Shown here: one piece after another, positions 40,118 through 54,958 of the stretch
How positions within the stretch are numbered: position 1 is the stretch's first letter
Layout: the number at the start of each line of letters is the position of its first letter
DNA from: Heptranchias perlo
Taxonomy: Eukaryota
Direction of reading: 5' to 3'
Assembly: GCF_035084215.1 (NCBI RefSeq)
Contig: NW_027139442.1
Span: 11,098,001-11,162,000 of the forward strand
DNA: 64,000 bases
Program-made: the position numbers and the translations under genes
Notes under the pieces: model-generated
Databases searched by the model: none
What the model was told of the DNA's origin: nothing
Seen by the model: only the letters and a program-made list of their open reading frames with translations

Positions 40118-41829
40118 TGGAAAAATATAGGAGGAAAGTGGGAGTCGGTGTATTTGCTGGGACCGTGTAGGAATAATATCTAACGGCAACAGTCCCAGTT
40201 TATTTTAATCGGAGTGAAACTCTCGGCTGCTGAGAGTAATACTGAGCTGCAAGATTGCTGAGGGTACAAAATGGAAGAGAGGGTTAAATGTGTGACTCTG
40301 TCCCCGAGAGAGGGATGAATAATGTGTCTGTCTCTGAAATAATATCAGTGAGAAATGAGACTGCAACTTCTGTCACTCCACTTTGGTTAGCAATTGGAAT
40401 GGAATATCTCCTTATTTGTTATTGGATGAAAACAGGCAATTACAGGTCAGTTTCTCTTTCTCTCTTTTGTACTGTAAATGGAGGTGGGATACTGATCTTG
40501 AGCGTGGTACAGACACACTGAAAGGAACCGTAAGGCTGATACTGTGCCTGTCTGCATCTCTCTCTCTAGCGCTGTACGTGAAGGTGTGATGCTGTTTATT
40601 GTTTGTGAAACGGACACAATGATGGGAAGTGTGAGACTGATACTGTGTCTGTCTGTGTCTCTCTCTGTATCACTCTCTCTCGAGCGCTGTCCGTGAAGGT
40701 GGGATACTGTTTCTGATGTGTGAAACTGACACACCGATGAGAAGTGTGAGACGGATACTATGCCTGTCTGCCTGTGTGTCTCTGTCTGTCTTTCTCTCTC
40801 TCTAGTTCTGTACATGAAGGCGGGATACTGTTACTGAGCGTAATATGGACACACTGAAAAAAAATGAAAGACTGATTCTGTGTTTGTGTGGTGTTGTTCA
40901 AACCGTCTCTGTCCTTTATGAGCCGGTCTGACGGTGCACTTAACTGTCTCCAATCCTGTAAAGAAAGATGGAGAGAAACAGCCTGTAACTGGACTGCCTT
41001 TGAGTGTTGAATTTATTCTGTAACGAGCCGTCTCTGGGTGTTGAGAATGGGATGGATAGGACACCAGTTACTATTGTCTGTCAGTCAGTTTAGGAGGAGA
41101 GAGAAACACAGAGAGACTGGAGCAGCCAAGAGCGGAAAATTATTATTATCGTCAAAACCACACATATCCCTGTGTGCGAACAATCTAATAATGTAAAACC
41201 AGATGTGAATTATCACAGCCACAGCTGTGATTGGCTCCTGCCCCTGAATCTGGGGACCAGACATTGTGAGGAGCGCCGGCCACAGAGTGTTTAACAGATA
41301 CTGAGCTGGGAAACTGCAACTAACCCCCGAGAATCGGCAGCACAGGCCGAGCGGGGAGGAAAGCCTGTCTCGGGAATTGTCAATCTGGCGACCAGTTTGT
41401 CCTGTGAATGTGAAGATGTGAACGTTGTGTCAGAGAGAGTGTGTTCAAGGGGCGGACGGGTTAGATGAATGTCACTGTGTTTGTGTGGCCGGTCTCATCG
41501 CCGGATTTCCGAGACCCTTTTGAGTTAACTTCAAAAAAAATCATCGTTAAGCGATCGCCCTCCTCGCCTGCCGAGTTCCGAAATGGAAATTTAAGGATAA
41601 GTTTTAGTTCAATTCAAGATTTAGCCGAAAAACCGAGATCATGTCAGCGATCGGGTGAGAGAGCGCGATCAGTGCATCAATGAAACGGGTTTATATCGAA
41701 ATTGGTGCTTTTAATTCGGGTGAAAGTTTTACGACAGCAAACATTCCGGTGTTCGAGATAGGAACGGGCTAGTCTGGGACTCTGGAGTGCCTGATTTTAA
41801 TTGGAATCGGGAAGTTTAAGAGGGGAGAG

Positions 41830-41836
41830 AAACACA
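41830..41836 (+). promoter_or_regulatory. H1-box (AAACACA)
   Basis: Vertebrate H1-specific promoter element about 150 nt upstream of the H1 ATG. Confidence 0.7.
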
Positions 41837-41980
41837 GAGAGGCTGGAGGGGCCTGGAGCTGACAGCAGGATGTCTCCGCCCCGTCCGCTTTGTGCCTTTA
41901 AGTTGCTCTGTGCCGCCGCCTCTCGTTTCATTTCTGACCCAGCTCAGACTGTCAGAGAGATTTTCTACTGAGTCCCGGAC

Positions 41981-42613
41981 ATGACAGACACTGCAGCCGC
42001 CGAAAAGGCACCTTCTGCCGCCGCCGCCGCTCAAACCAATGCTCCGAAGAAGAAGAAGGCGATTCCCCGACACAAGACAGCCGGTCCCCCGTTGGGCGAA
42101 CAGATCCTCAAGATTGCGGCGGATTGCAAGGATCGCAAGGGGATATCCCTGGCCGCGATAAAGAAGGTTCTGGCTACCAAAGGCCTGGATGTGGAGAAGC
42201 ACCGGTCCCAGATCAAATTAAGTATCAGGAGAAATGTGGAAAAGGGCTCCCTGGTGCAGATCAAGGGCACGGGCGCCTCGGGCTCCTTCAGAGTCGCTAA
42301 GAAGGAAACTCAGGCAAAAGTGGTAAAGAAGGTGAAGAAACAAGTAACCAAGAAATCTCCCGGAAAGAAACCAGCGGCCAAAAAAACAGCCGTCAAGAAA
42401 TTAACGGCCAAGAAATTAACGGCCAAGAAAACAGCCGCCAAGAAATCGACCACGAAAAAGGCGGCGAAATCACCAATTAAGAAAAAAGCGGCGGCGAAGA
42501 AGCCCAAGACCCCCAAACCATTGAAGGCGAAGGCGAAGAAGGTGGAAAAACCGAGGGCCAAGCCCAAACCGAAGTCAGCAATGCCGAAGAAAACAGCGGG
42601 CAAAAAGAAGTAA
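41981..42613 (+). CDS. H1: Histone H1 (210 aa)
   Basis: Globular domain GPPLGEQILK...GISLAAIKK...LVQIKGTGASGSFRV and Lys/Ala/Pro-rich tail with SPxK/TPK motifs. Confidence 0.97.
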   Translation: MTDTAAAEKAPSAAAAAQTNAPKKKKAIPRHKTAGPPLGEQILKIAADCKDRKGISLAAIKKVLATKGLDVEKHRSQIKLSIRRNVEKGSLVQIKGTGASGSFRVAKKETQAKVVKKVKKQVTKKSPGKKPAAKKTAVKKLTAKKLTAKKTAAKKSTTKKAAKSPIKKKAAAKKPKTPKPLKAKAKKVEKPRAKPKPKSAMPKKTAGKKK

Positions 42614-42649
42614 AAAAAAAAGTGCAACTTTTGACCATCTGAACCCAAC

Positions 42650-42690
42650 GGCTCTTCTCAGAGCCACCCACGTCTCTCAGAAAAGAGCTG
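42650..42690 (+). terminator. Histone stem-loop plus HDE (H1)
   Basis: GGCTCTTCTCAGAGCC ACCCA ... AAAGAGCTG. Confidence 0.93.
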
Positions 42691-43510
42691 ATCCCGGAAT
42701 CAGATGATTCCTGTCCCGCGGCCGGGCTCAGATTTCAGATAGAAATCATTCCAAATGGACCCAGGGTCCTGGTGACTCGCTTATATTCGCTCCCCCCGCC
42801 CCTCCCCCACTGTCTAAAATAAAATAGAGAGAATGGGATGTCCGGGCCGGTCCTCACTGTAACCGGCGTGTGTTCGGTTCCAGTCTCAGTTCATTTTTTC
42901 TCACAGATTCAGGGCGAGAGTCCGTGACAGGGTAAAACTGGCGGAGATCCGCCGCTATCACAATTCAAACCTGAACACATGAGATTCTTCAAATCAGCTG
43001 GAATAAAGTGTTTGTAAACTGCTGAACCCGTCTGGGAGGGGATGTGTAGGGAGATAGAATCGGGTCTGGGACTGAAATGGGAGGAGGCGGGTTGACTTGT
43101 AAGAGAAGGGACTGTATTTAGGCAGGAATATTACTGACTGTTAATTGTAACGTGGCTTATTTAAAAGCTCCGGGTTTCTGGGAATCCTTGAATATGAAGC
43201 CGGAGTCTGTAAGGGTTTGTGCGGAGCGTTGTGTTTCGGTTCTATTATCGAGAAACTGTTTGAAATTGGCGGTTGGAGAAAGGTGGAGCTGGAAGATCAG
43301 AGGCCGCTCTCCGCTCTGTCCATCATTCTGAATCTCTCCTCCCCTCTCTGTTTAATATCTCACTCTGTCTCCTCCCCTCTCTGTTTAATATTTCACTCTG
43401 TCTCCTCCCCTCCCTCTCTCACCCTGTGCATGTTTCAGTCAGGTCGGGGCAGGATGCATAAAAATAGAAGCATTATAAGTTAGCTGTTCATTCAGCAGCG
43501 ATCTGAGTGA

Positions 43511-43831
<321 letters not shown>

Positions 43832-43866
43832 ACAACTCGACCCTTTCTAACCGGACACAAAACAAA

Positions 43867-43882
43867 GGCTCTTCTAAGAGCC
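43867..43882 (+). terminator. Histone 3' stem-loop (H4)
   Basis: GGCTCTTCTAAGAGCC ACCCA. Confidence 0.93.
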
Positions 43883-44661
43883 ACCCACCGCCTCACAGAG
43901 AGAGCACTGACCTGGGAACGGGGAGAGGAATGATCTCGGGGTGGGGAATCAGTTTCCGATATTTAATTAGTATGGGGAGATTCCCCAACACTCGGTACAG
44001 GGAGGTCAGAAACAACGGCCCGGGTTCTCGGCCATCCCGAGAGAAGGAGCGGAATTCCCGATTTCACGGTATAAATGTACAGGCGGTGATAGAGTCTTTC
44101 CCCAGATATGACATTCTCCGCTCAGAGTAAAATCCCTCCTCACTCCCTCTCCCGCTGTGTCCTCTCTGCTCGGTGTTTATTTCCTGCCCTCATTCAATTA
44201 TCAGTTCGATGCGAAGTTTGTATGTGAGGACCGGTTCACCGGGCCGGAACTGGCGGGATTTTTGAAATTGAAGCTGACTTTGTCCCGAATGTGAAACAGC
44301 CTGAGATTTGAGCTGAGGAGTGGGAAATAATGGAGATTATAAACAGTGGGATTTTTAAATTGCTGGAGGGAAATTAGATTTTCTTGAAACTGTTATTTGA
44401 TGCTCTGAAATTGGCGGGCTTTTTGAAATTTATGATTGATTTCAGCTCAGCCAATTGGGGCCCAATACCTCCCACCGTTTCGGTCTGATTGTGAAAGCTC
44501 GGTTCAAACCAGCCAATCACAGGCCCGGGGCTGTCCATCCCTGACAGGGTGTGGGACTTCAGCCAATCGCAGGCCAGGGGCGGATTCCCTTAGACCATTT
44601 AAAAGGCGGCCCCAGAGAGCACTCCGTATTAACAGTCTGTGTGTCTCAGGTTGTTTTGTGA

Positions 44662-45084
<423 letters not shown>

Positions 45085-45117
45085 ACCCGACCCGGCTTCA
45101 GCACCAAGTGCAACAAA

Positions 45118-45159
45118 GGCTCTTTTCAGAGCCACCAAATCGGCGATGGAAAGAGCTGT
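45118..45159 (+). terminator. Histone stem-loop plus HDE (H3)
   Basis: GGCTCTTTTCAGAGCC ACCA ... AAAGAGCTG. Confidence 0.93.
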
Positions 45160-46397
45160 GATCTCCTGGGTTGAAATGGTGGTACAGTGCAGATTAAAAA
45201 AATAATTACACGGGAAATTCATGAAGGGAAGTAGCGGATGTCAAGCGGGGCACGACTAGCATTTATAAACTGTCCATATCATAGCCCGTTATAACATGGG
45301 AGATAGTTCGGAGCAGAGCTGATCTGTGAAGTTCTGGGCAGGTACAGTAGCAGTGTTGAACATACACAACACAAACAGACAAGGGTGACAATTCCAGACT
45401 AACCAACAGCAGGTATTTGAAAACGACACAGTTTAATTTCCACACATCACACCCAGGATTGGAGGGAGGTGAATTCCACTCACTGCGCAGACTGAGTCCC
45501 ATCATCACATCCAGTGCCACATTTGGACAGTGAAATTACTGGTAAACAGGTACAGAAACGGCTGAATTCGATCCTACTCTTTCACATCAGGTATCTGCAC
45601 CCCCAGTGTCAATCTAACTCGGACATATATACAGGGAGAGGATCGTGCAGCGTCCAAAGTACAAGAGATGCAAGTTCTCATTTCCGATATAGTGTCAGCT
45701 TGGCTCTGTTGGAAATACTTTAATCTCAAAAGAACCAGTCTCGGATCAAATGGAGTTTGACTATTGTCCCTCTCCAGCTGTAGTGACAGAGGCTGTTTCA
45801 CTGTAACTCGCAATAATAGAACCAAAGTGTTTTCTTTCAGCGCTAGAATCAGAAGCAGTGTGAAACTTAGTGTCACATTCACTGCGGTACTCGTCAGACT
45901 GACAGGGACAGAATAAATCTCTCACTCTCATCTAGTAACAAACAGATTTCAATCACTGATTCAGCAATCGCTGACACAATAATCAACACATCCGTCACCT
46001 TCTGGGTAATGGAAGTCAGACCGAGTAAGTGTTGTGGGAGAATGAGACTGCAAATAACACTTAAAATAATTGCTCGAACACAATAGAGTGCGTCTTGTTG
46101 CCAATGATCAAACTCACCAGTTATTTCTGTATCCCACCCGCCCAGTTTAATGAACTGATTATTTGTCTCATTTTCCATACAATCTGTAAATTTCAACCTA
46201 TTGGAGGTTGGCGAGTACTGAAACAGATCATTTGTATTTAACAAGCGATCGTTAGTTTGGAACTAACGGGAGGCAGTTAGATCCAGAATCGGAATCAAGG
46301 AACGTGAAATCACCAGATCTGAAACAGATTGTTTATTATTAAATTAATTTCTGACTCCGTTCAAACAGTATCCAGCCCTTTCATAGATACAGTGGGT

Positions 46398-46413
46398 GGC
46401 TCTGAAAAGAGCC
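46398..46413 (-). terminator. Histone 3' stem-loop (H2A)
   Basis: GGCTCTTTTCAGAGCC ACCCA on the minus strand. Confidence 0.93.
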
Positions 46414-46443
46414 TTTGTGTTATCAGATTAATTCTTGGCCGCT

Positions 46444-46833
<390 letters not shown>

Positions 46834-47696
46834 TTACAAAATCTCACAAACACTTTCACAAAGAAGGAAGAATGACTGCTGTATTTGCCCTTCTTATGGA
46901 CTGAAAGATCATCTGATTTGTTGTTCTCTAATACACCTCATTTGCATATTTCATTAACCAATCAGATAGCTGAGAAACAGAAGAGGGCGAGATTTATCGG
47001 CCTCAACGGTCAGACCAGGAATTTTATGAATTTCAAGAAGCCCGCCAATTTCAGTCCAGTAAACCACCGGATTTAGATCAATGTCGCCCTGAGCATAAGA
47101 TTTTAAACCCGTTCTTTTTACCTTGTCTTATTCAGCGCTACACGTCACCAATCGCTGGCGCTATTTTAAAACCTGCTTTAAATTATAGCTCATTCTGTCA
47201 TCGCTTTCAAACAGTATCGGACTGGACTAAATCCCCATTCACAGCATTCCGTGAAGGGACACATTTCAATTTAATCTTTATAAAAGTGACACGTTATAGA
47301 TTGGTCCCTTCTCACAGAGCCGGGTGTGCTTCTGTGAAAAGAGGGACCCGGACGGAGTTCTCATTCTGCCCCTATTCCGCTGTGTTACTGCAAGGGGTGT
47401 GGTTGCTGTTAATATGGGGATTTTCACATCAGTTGGTAAACATTTCGGAGACTGAATTCAAAGAGATAATAGCACTGCTAAGGTGGTCATTCAGGGTGTG
47501 TTCGTGGCCGGAATAGTAACGCTTTTAGAACAAAGCGAATGGGAAGGAGCGGATCATAAACTCGCGTTCAGTTCATGTGTCAGAAATTTCAACGGTGCAG
47601 TTACAGTATCAGTATTGGATTGGAACAATATCGCGGTATTAAAAAGATACTAAGAAAATATATAAGAACTGCAGCTCTTTCAGAGAGGTTGTGGGT

Positions 47697-47712
47697 GGCT
47701 CTTAAAAGAGCC
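47697..47712 (-). terminator. Histone 3' stem-loop (H2B)
   Basis: GGCTCTTTTAAGAGCC ACCCA on the minus strand, followed by AAAGAGCTG. Confidence 0.93.
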
Positions 47713-47743
47713 GTTGTTTTTTTTTTCAGTACATTGTGGAGTT

Positions 47744-48118
47744 TTACTTGGAGCTGGTGTACTTGGTCACCGCCTTTGTCCCTTCCGACACAGCGTGCTT
47801 GGCCAGTTCCCCGGGCAGCAGCAGGCGCACGGCGGTCTGGATCTCCCGGGAGCTGATGGTCGCCCGCTTGTTGTAATGGGCCAGGCGGGAAGCCTCACCC
47901 GCGATGCGCTCGAAAATATCGTTCACAAAGGAGTTCATGATGCTCATGGCCTTGGAGGAGATGCCGGTGTCGGGGTGAACCTGCTTCATCACTTTGTAGA
48001 CGTAGATGGAGTAACTCTCCTTCCTCGACTTTCTCCGCTTCTTGCCGCCCTTGGCTGGTGCTTTACTCAAGGTTTTCTTGGCGCCCTTCTTGGGAGCTGC
48101 TTTCTTGTCCTCAGGCAT
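47744..48118 (-). CDS. H2B: Histone H2B (124 aa)
   Basis: ATG at 48118; canonical H2B fold; octamer-like ATGCTAAT at ~48196. Confidence 0.98.
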   Translation of the reverse strand: MPEDKKAAPKKGAKKTLSKAPAKGGKKRRKSRKESYSIYVYKVMKQVHPDTGISSKAMSIMNSFVNDIFERIAGEASRLAHYNKRATISSREIQTAVRLLLPGELAKHAVSEGTKAVTKYTSSK

Positions 48119-48744
48119 TTTCAAACTCAATTTCAGAAACAGAAATGACCCAAATCCGCTCCAAGTTCGGCTTAAATAGGCAGCCCCACAGCCCTATGCT
48201 AATGAGGGATGGGGAAGGCAATGATCATGATTGGGTCACTGGGAATGATGTAACAATAATTATTCACTGTAACTCTCTGATTGGATACCTGAAGAAACCA
48301 ATCGGATTTCATACCTGCCACCAATCACACTGCACATTGTCCGGTTTCAGCAATTTGTTCCGAACTGTTGCAATTCTGCTTTCGGCCAGTAGATGTCCCC
48401 AAACCCCGGGACATTGAAGTTTGCAGATGAGAGAGGGACAGAATATGAACTCATTCTTCACATTATATTGCACGAGTGAGATTTGGAAAAACTTGGAATG
48501 GAGATGAGATGCAAGCACATTTTTTTTAGACCATACGTTAGTTGTAATGCTGTGTTAAATTATTGTAATTGATTTCGGGACGATAGGCAATACTGAGGAA
48601 GACTGCGACAAAATCAGCTTGCAGAACGGTCGTGTCAATGTGCATTGAATTTAAATATAGAAAGTTGTGATCTGATTAATTTTGTTAGGGGGAATAAGGA
48701 GGCCACATACTGCTTGGGAAATACGAGTCTAAATGGGGTAGAGG

Positions 48745-51700
48745 AGCAATGTAAATCGTGTCCTGAGAAATCAGAGAGAAATACTGTGCAACGTAAGTGC
48801 AAAAATAAGGGGGTAAATTCACAACTATCGAATGAGTAAAACAAAAACTTTATTATGAATTAATTGTCTTCATTTTCCAATAAGAAAACGTGCAAAAATA
48901 TGAGAGTAGAAATTGCAGACTGAAACTTTTTTTCATCTTGCACATTGTCCTGTCACTGTCACCACGACAGATAATGTGAATTTGTTCCGCTCTTTTACAG
49001 TTCTCGCCTACGTCCAGTAGAGGCCAGTCTCTAGTACTCTGTATGAGAGCGGGATTTAATCTGTATCTGTCAATCTCTGATACTCTGTGAGTGTGGGATT
49101 CATTCTGCATCTGTCATTCTCTGGTACTGTGTGTGAGTGTGAGATTCATTTTGTATCTGTCAGTCTCTGTTTGTGAGTGTGAGATTCTTTCTGTATCTGT
49201 CAGTCTCTGGTCCTGAGTGTGGGTGTGGGATTCATTCTGTATCTCTCAGTCTCTGTCACTACATATGAGCTTGGGATCATTCTGTATCTGCCAGTCTCTG
49301 GCACTGTATTTGAGAGTGGGATTAATTCTGTATCTGCCAGTCTCAGGTACTGTGTGTAAGTGTGGAATTAACTCTGTAACTGTCAGTCTCTGGTCCTGTC
49401 TGTGAGTGTGGGATTCATTCTGTATCTGCCATTATATGCTAATTTATCTCAGTGTGGCATTCATTCTGTAATTCAATCCCTGAGACAAAGTGCAAATCTG
49501 GATTCATTCTGTATTCTTATTTCAGTTCCCACTATTTTACTTCAAACTGCAGCCTTAATACTTTAAAGTATAAGCAGTTTTTCGTCAAGTATTTAATTTG
49601 TAACCATGGATATATTTTTCGATTTTCTTCAATCAAACAACGTGTGTGAGTTTTGGACTTTTGTTACATCTTAATCTCTGAACGATATTGTGAATGATAA
49701 TGTACCTTTTAATATGTTCATTGTGAAATTATTGGACTGGTGTGTAATATGTAGCTCAGATCTGCAATAATGTCTGTGTGTGAGTGTGGGATTCATTGTG
49801 TTCCTGTCAGTTTCTGGTTCTGTGTATGAGTGTGGGATTTATTCTGTATCTCTCAGTTTCTGGTACTGTGTGTGAGTGTTGGATTCATTCTGCATCTGTC
49901 AGTCTCTGGTACTGTGTATGAGTGTGGAATTCATTCTGCATCTGTCAGTCTCTGGTACTGTGTGTGAGTGTGGGATTAATTCTGTATCTGTCAGTCTCTG
50001 TTACTGTACGTGGGTGTGGGATTCATTCTGTATCTGTATGTGGGTGTGGGATTCATTCTGTATCTATCAGTCTCTGGTACTGTGTGTGAGTGTGGGAATC
50101 ACCCTGTATCTGTCAGTCTCTGGTACTGTGTGTGAGTGTGGGAATCATCCTGTATCTGTCAGTCTCTGGTACTGTGTATGAGTGTGGGAATCATCCTGTA
50201 TCTGTCAGTCTCTGGTAATGTGTATGAGTGTGGGATTCATTCTGTATCTGTCAGTCTCTGGTAATGTACGTGGGATTGGGATTCATTCTGTATCTATCAG
50301 TCTCTGTTACTGTACGTGGGTGTGGGATTCATTCTGTATCTGTATGTGGGTGTGGGATTCATTCTGTATCTATCAGTCTCGGATATTGTGTGCGAATGAG
50401 GGTTTCATTCTGTTCCCGTCAGTCTCAGCTGCTATATGTGAGGGAGTCATTCATTCTGCATCCATCAATTTCTGGTACTGTATGTGAGTGATATAAATTT
50501 TGTCTCTTTCAGTCTGTGCTACAGTGTGTGAGTGCAGGAATCATTCGGTATCTGTCATTCACTGTTAGGTTGTGTGAGTGCTGATTTCACTCTGTGTGTC
50601 AGTCTCTGGCCCTTCATCTGAGTGTGAGATTCATTCTTTATCTATATGTAATTTGTATCTTCGTTTACAGTATGTTGTTCAAAACTCTATTTGTAATACC
50701 TCAATGTATCAATATTTTTCCCAGTGTTTCAATGGTTGATAATGATACATTTTAAAATGTAATGTTGTTGGTTATAATCAGAGAATGTGGACCTTTTTGG
50801 ACTTCTATTAAATCTGTATTGTGAATTAGTTTATCTTCCAAAATGATATGGTGACTTTTTTGACCTTGTATATAATGTGTAGGTCAGTCTGCATGAAAGG
50901 AATACTGTGTATTTCAGTCTGAATTGGTATCAGTTTTTTGTAGTGGTTTATAATGTGTAGATCAGTCTGCACTAATGGAATTGATACTGTATCTTTCAAT
51001 CTGACACTATGAGATTTTTGGACTGATATGTAATGTGTAACTCAGACTGCATAAATGTGTGTGACTGTGAGATTCATTCCGTATCTGTCAGTCCCCAGTA
51101 CCGTGTGTGAGTGTGGGATTCATTCTGTATCTGTCAGTCCCTAGTACTGTCTGTGAGTATGAGATTCATTCTGTATCTGTCAGGCTCTGGTATTGTGGGA
51201 GTGTGTGATTCATTCTATATTTGTTAGTCCCTTGTACTGTGTGTGAATGTAGGATTCATTCGGTATTTGTCAGTCACTGTTATATTGTGTGAGTGCTGGT
51301 TTCATTCTGTGTGTCAGTCTCTGGCCCTCTATCTAAATATGTGATTCATTCTTTATCTGTATGTAATTAGTCTCTCCGTTTTCAGTATGGTGTTCAAAAC
51401 TGTATCTTTAATACCTCAATTTGTGCATATTTTCCCCAGTGTTTAATTGGTTGATAATGAAATGCTGTAGAATATAATCAGAGAATGTGGGCACTTTTCG
51501 GACTACTATTAAATCTGTATCGATGTGAACACAATTGTGCATTAGTTTATCTTCCAAACTGATATGTTGACATTTTTGAACTTATATATGACGTGCAGCT
51601 CAGTCTGCATCAATGGAATACTGTATATTTCAGAGTGAATTTGCATCAGTTTTTTGTAGTGGTTTATAACGTGCAGATCAGTCTGCAATAATGTAATTGA

Positions 51701-54700
51701 TACTGTATCTTTCAATCTGATACTTCTTTAACTGGTAAGTAATGTTACTCAGCCTGCACTAATGTGTGATTCATTTTGTATCTCTCAGTCTCTGGAACAG
51801 TGTGTCAGTGTGGGATTCATTCTGTATCTGTCATCTCTGGTACCATATGTGAGTGTAGGATTCACTCTGTGTCTGTCAGTCTCTAGTATTGTATGTGAGT
51901 TTGGGATTCCTTCTGCATCTGTCAGTCTCTGGTACTGTACCTGAGTGTGAGATTCATTCTGTATCTGTATGTAATTATTCTCTAAGATTGCATTATGGCG
52001 TTCAAAATTGTACCTTTAATATCTTCATGTTTAGATCTTATTTCTCATTAACTGGTATATATGGGTCCTCTGTAGGATTTGACGCTGTAGGTTTTAATCA
52101 CATAATTTGTCTGCTTTTTGAGCTACTATTAAATCTGTATCTCTGTGAGTACTGTTGTGAATGATAATGTATCTTTCAAATTGATTTCGTGACACTTTTC
52201 AAATGGTGTATAATGTGTAGCTCAGTCTGTACTAATAGAATTGATACTGTATCTATAAATCTCAAACTATGAGTGTATTATAAACTGATATCTAATTTGT
52301 TTCTCAGGTTACACTCTCACAGCATTTCTCAATCTGATACTGTACATGAGTTTTGGACACGTATGCAATTTGTATCACATGATACATGCAATATCCATTC
52401 GAACAGTGTATTAAACTCACGTGAGTGTGTGAATTCTGGGCAATTATTCAATTGGAATCTCAGGGTAAATTATTGGGTTTCATTCTGTCCCTTTCAATCG
52501 AGTACCATGTGTGATTTCGATCTGGTATTTAATTCGTAGCTTATGTTGCCCTATTGTGAGATTGACACAGTGCCTTTCAATCTGATAGTGTGATATTGGA
52601 CTGGGATTTCTGTATCTACCTGTCAGCGGGACTCAGCTCGGGGGAAATGGAACAGTGTCTGCCTCACCTGCTTTGTTTGAATGTTGGATTGAAAATGTGT
52701 CTGTGGAACTTGGGTCAGTGCTTCTACTGTCTGAGACTGTGGAACTGATGACCTGTCTGTGTCTCTGTGCGCTGTGTGTGATAATGTACTTACTGTGTGG
52801 GAGAAGGAGTTGGCTGCACTGTTCCTTGTGCCTCGAGTGGAGGAAACATAACACTGATTCTGGGTCCTTCAAGGATTTGCCTGTAGGAAGAAATTTTTCT
52901 CTTGTAACTCAAGAACCAGTGAGGTAGGAAATACAAAAGTGTTCGAATTAATATCTTTGTTAATGATTATTTTGATTATCCACAAAACCAGCAACACAAA
53001 CAGTGTCAGTATCTGACTCCACTGCAGTACTGCAGCATTCAGCTTCTGCACACCACGAGTGGTGGGCTGTTTTACAACAATTTAGTGACATCCAGACACA
53101 ACACAACCATAAATGGCACTACCCGATGTGGCAGGGTCCTTTGTGCAGGTCAGGTTTCCACTCCCCTCTCACATGGGACTAACCGTTCAACCGAAACAAA
53201 ACAGCCGCTGCTTAAAATGTGCCCTTCACACTTCTCACCTAGTGCCTGCAATAGATGCTCTTTGGATAACTCCCCACATCCTTACTGTCCGGCTCCGTTC
53301 CACTCTTCACTGTCGAATCACAATAAACAGGGTGAGACTGGACCTAAACCAGGAACATTCCCTACTGGTCTGGCGAGAGCAAGCAGCAATGATTTTAAAT
53401 AGCAGGTTCTTCTCATTCTGACTCCCTGACCCTGGACACACGCTGTGCACACACAGCCCGAGAATGACCTCTCCCTTCCCCCGCTCACTCCATGTTCCGG
53501 GACCAGTTCCTGATCCACTCCGCCTCTTACAAACAGCCCCCGGACCTTCCCCCGGACTCAATGCCGATCTCTGAGCCCATCTGCGGACACGGTCCCGAAG
53601 CGATGAGCTGCTGTAACGAGGCTGCTCTTTACTCCCTTCCCCCGGGGGCCGTGATCTCTCCATTCCCGGCTGTTTTAAACCATCTTCTTCCGCTCACTGA
53701 GGGAATGGCGCCCACAGGCCGAGCTGGGGGAGGGGAGCGCGCATGCGCTCTTCTACTCACCAACAATCAGCGCTGGGGGCGGGGCTGAGTCACGCATGCG
53801 CAGAGATCTGGTTTAATTCCCAATGCACAAATCGATGGAAACATTCCCCAATTGGAATTTTTCAGAGTCTGAGAAAAGCAAGTGGGGCTGAGGGAAAGGT
53901 CAGAGGGAATGGGGTCCACAGGCAGTGCAGGAACAGGCACCAGAATGGGAAACAGATGGGATTCCACCAGTGACTAACGCTGGAATCCAGACTGACTTTA
54001 CAATCTCTAACTATTAAACTAGATGTTTTCATCCCTGCTGTTTCTCTCGGTATCTTTTGATGGTAAATAGTCTTTCATAGATAAAGTGGGACATTTTGAA
54101 ATGAACCAATGGATTCTGTTCATACTTGGCCCCTTTACCCATTAAGTAACGTGTGACTCCGAAACTGGATGCAGGAATTCTCAAACCAATCCTGGAGAAA
54201 AATGGGAGGAAAGTCGGAGTCCGTGTATTTGCTGGGAGCGTGTAGGATTAATATCTGACAGCAACAGTCCATTATTAATATATGATGTATTAATATAATC
54301 AGAGTGAAACTCTCGGTCACTGAGAGTAATAGCGAACGGCCCTGATCTGCAAAACCGAATGTAGTACAACAGGCAAGAGAGGGTTAAATTCGGCCCACAT
54401 TGTTTTTGTCACTCTCTGCACTGTCCCTGAGTGTGGGATTAATGGTGTGTCCGTCTCTGGTATATCAGTGAGAGACAAGACTGCATCTTCTGTCTCTACA
54501 ACGGGAATTTCTGGATAAAACGCAACTTTACAAGTCAGTCTGGAACTGATACTGTTGCACTGTGCCTCTCCGCTCGCTCTGTCACAGTATCTGTCTCCCT
54601 TTCTCTCTCACTCTCTGGTGCTGTATATGAAGGTTGGATACTGCTATTGAGCGTGATATGAACATACTGATAGGAAGTGTAAGACTGACAGTGTGTGTCT

Positions 54701-54958
54701 TGCTTTCTCTCTCGAGTGCTGTTTTTGAAGGTGGAATACTGTCTGATATAAAACAGGGAGAATGGGGTGTCCAGGCCACACCGTAACTGGGGATGTGTTC
54801 GGCTCCAGTCCCAGTTCATGGTCATAACCTTTTCACAGATTCAGGGTGAGAGTCTCTGTGAGACGGTAAAACTGGCGGAGAAAATCCGCTTCACAATTCA
54901 AACCCCAACACATGCGATTCTACAAATCAGCTGGAATAAGAATTTTGTAAACTGCTGA
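48745..54958 (+). repeat. Composite macro-repeat unit C
   Basis: 46-bp arrays at 49020-49520, 49770-50645, 51060-51360, 51760-51970; 81-bp units ~50855-51055 and ~51565-51760; internal duplication ~50520-51060 / ~51240-51760; promoter cassette 53425-53810; ends in H4-upstream-like sequence. Confidence 0.85.
53425..53810 (-). promoter_or_regulatory. Repeated CpG promoter plus first-exon-like cassette, copy C
   Basis: Same NRF1, GC-box and AP-1 motifs; donor variant CCAGG|GTCAGG. Confidence 0.55.

Larger units (their letters stand above)
35240..40880 (+). repeat. Composite macro-repeat unit B
   Basis: 46-bp arrays 35510-35880 and 36685-37660 (with (TG)n tracts), 81-bp array 36085-36680, spacer, promoter cassette 39140-39535, ~110-bp repeats 40480-40880. 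Confidence 0.85.
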
